Below are positions 61,912-64,000 of a DNA stretch of 64,000 bases, piece after piece (the stretch's first letter is position 1; every line of letters begins with the position of its first letter). Below the pieces are notes generated by a model. That model worked only from the letters and a program-made list of their open reading frames with translations, ran no database searches and had not been told where the DNA came from. The DNA is taken from positions 48,546,001 to 48,610,000 of the forward strand of contig NC_043003.1 in NCBI RefSeq assembly GCF_006345805.1, given 5' to 3'. A program made the position numbers and the translations under genes. The stretch is from Octopus sinensis. Lineage: Eukaryota.

Positions 61912-63580
61912 TTAAACAATATATCTGGGCTGGGATAAACTATTTCCTGTCTAAATATTAAATGAATGACTGACTCACTGACTGAATGAATGAATTAAAT
62001 TTTTTTCTTTTTTATCTTTTTTATAAAGTATGAAGAGTCAGTTTGAGGGAAATAATTTTCAGAAACCTTATGTTATTCATTCATTCATTCATTCATTCAT
62101 TCATACATAAATACATACATGCATGCGTACATACATACATACATACATACATACATACATACAGCCATTCATATACACACATACATAAACTCAGAGATAC
62201 ATGCATACATACACGTGGCTCCAGCAGAAGGTAATGGCGAACTTCTGCTGACTCTTTCACCACAACTTTCTCTCACTCTTTCCTCCTGCATCTTGCAGCT
62301 CATCTGTGACAGACCAGTGTCCCATCCAGGTGGGGAGCCTATATGCCAAGGAAACCGGGAAACCAGCCCTTATGAGCCAGGCATGACTCGAGAAGGAACA
62401 TACAACAACAAAACATATACTGCATGTACTTCTGAGTTACAGAGCTGGATTAACCAATAATACAAATAAGCACATGCTTAGGGCATCAAAGGGAGGTGGG
62501 GTACCACACAAATGGTAAATAGTTTACAGCATAAAAGGGATCACTCTAAACTTACTAAAATAATATCTGGGATACCTTATTTCTACTAAGTATAGAAACA
62601 GATGGTGTTATGTAAGATTAATTTTGAGGATGTGATCAAAGACACTGCAATTAAAAAAAAGTAGGAGAAAACTTTTCAAATATAAATAAAGTAGAAGTAT
62701 ACAAAAATAAACATTATTTCCCATCTTAGTGTTAGTTTTGTTTCATTTTTAAAAATAAAAAAAATTATTTTATGGTTTATAATAGTTTATATTTTGAATT
62801 ACATATCTTCGGGGTCACCAAAATCTTTGTGCTTAGGGACCTCTATGGGTCTTAATCTAGTGCTCGTTACAAATACTGGATCATGTTAATGTTACCTAAG
62901 AAAGGAAAAAAATCTTGTTTGTATTTAAATTTGTAATTTGACAAGAAAGGATCCTTGTTAATCCGGAATGACTGAGATAGAGAGATTCAAAGAGTCAACT
63001 AACATGACATAAAAAAAAGCTATAGAACGATATAAGGACAGTTGAAATAATTCCTGAAATCAATAATTTCTTCATACATGCATGCTTAAACTAAAAGAAA
63101 ATTAGGAAAACAGTAAAAAGAAAACTAAAACAAAACAACAAAAATTACATATACAATGAAAAACACTTCTTTTATCTATATATGATTCATATTATTGAAG
63201 AAACTGTACGAGACACCCATTTGGTAAAATACTGGTTAAACCAGTCATATATGGTAACATAGAGATACATGACTCAGTTGTGAGTGGTTTAAGCAAGGGA
63301 TTGATTATAAATATTATATCAAATAGCTATAAATTGTATGCATGCTTGCATGCATGAGTGAACAGTATTATTTTCCAGTAGATATAATTGTTAGTTTAAG
63401 AAAAGAGGTAACACAAGTGGTGACCAACACCTGCACTTGCAGAATGTTGCATCACAAGTCATTGAATAATAGCTGGTCATGGTGTATAACAGATAACTGT
63501 GTGCTGTGACCCTGGTAAAAAGATCTCATTTCATAGGTGTGTGTGCGTGTGTGTGTGTGCATGTACGTATGTATATTTAT

Positions 63581-64000
63581 ATATTTTAATTTAGAGATAG
63601 TATACCCATACTTCTCACCAAATAAAAAGAATTTTTATTTTTATTTTAAATACCTACTGTATTATTACTTGGCAACACGTATTTCATGAGGTACATCCTT
63701 GGGTTCCTAAACCACTCCATGTTTCCATGGAACCCCTCTCAAGATGCCACCCCAATCATCAGGCCCTTATAACTTTATCAACGTTCAATACAATAAACTA
63801 TATTTTAATTTTTAAATCCCATAAATATTTGCAAAATAAGTATGTTTAAATTAGGGAAACACGGAGCAGTTTAGGAACCCAAGGATGTACCTCATGAAAC
63901 ACGTGTAGCCAAGGAATAAAACAGTAGGTATTTAGAATAAAAATAAAATTTTTTTTTATTTGGTGAGAAGTAGGGGTATACTATCTCTAAATTAAAATAT
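63581..64000. repeat. Fold-back, ~145-bp arms, reaching the window end
   Basis: Arms ~63581-63726 and ~63856-64000. Confidence 0.92.

Overview
AT-rich, microsatellite-saturated animal genomic DNA with no recognisable intact host gene. The SINE, RTE and microsatellite content suggests a coleoid cephalopod, probably Octopus (inference). Main contents: (1) one apparently intact single-ORF RTE-clade LINE (ORF 35551-38880, APE endonuclease plus RT) with a C4HC3 PHD-type finger inserted inside the RT domain, plus many 5'-truncated relatives sharing a 3' stem-loop and (GAT)n tail, mostly next to (TA)n/(CA)n tracts; (2) an intronless, disrupted NOG1/GTPBP4 retrocopy (minus, ~10943-13007) split by three later insertions; (3) three abundant tRNA-like SINE families; (4) Tc1 and mariner fossils, piggyBac-type MITEs and an 8-bp-TSD MITE carrying telomere-like repeats; (5) about a dozen mutually unrelated fold-back inverted repeats, several with minimal hammerhead-ribozyme cores like those of Penelope-like elements; (6) an 800-bp near-perfect tandem duplication, minisatellites and long simple repeats. 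Almost all short ORFs in the supplied track are microsatellite or SINE artefacts. Coordinates were read by eye, so repeat boundaries are approximate.
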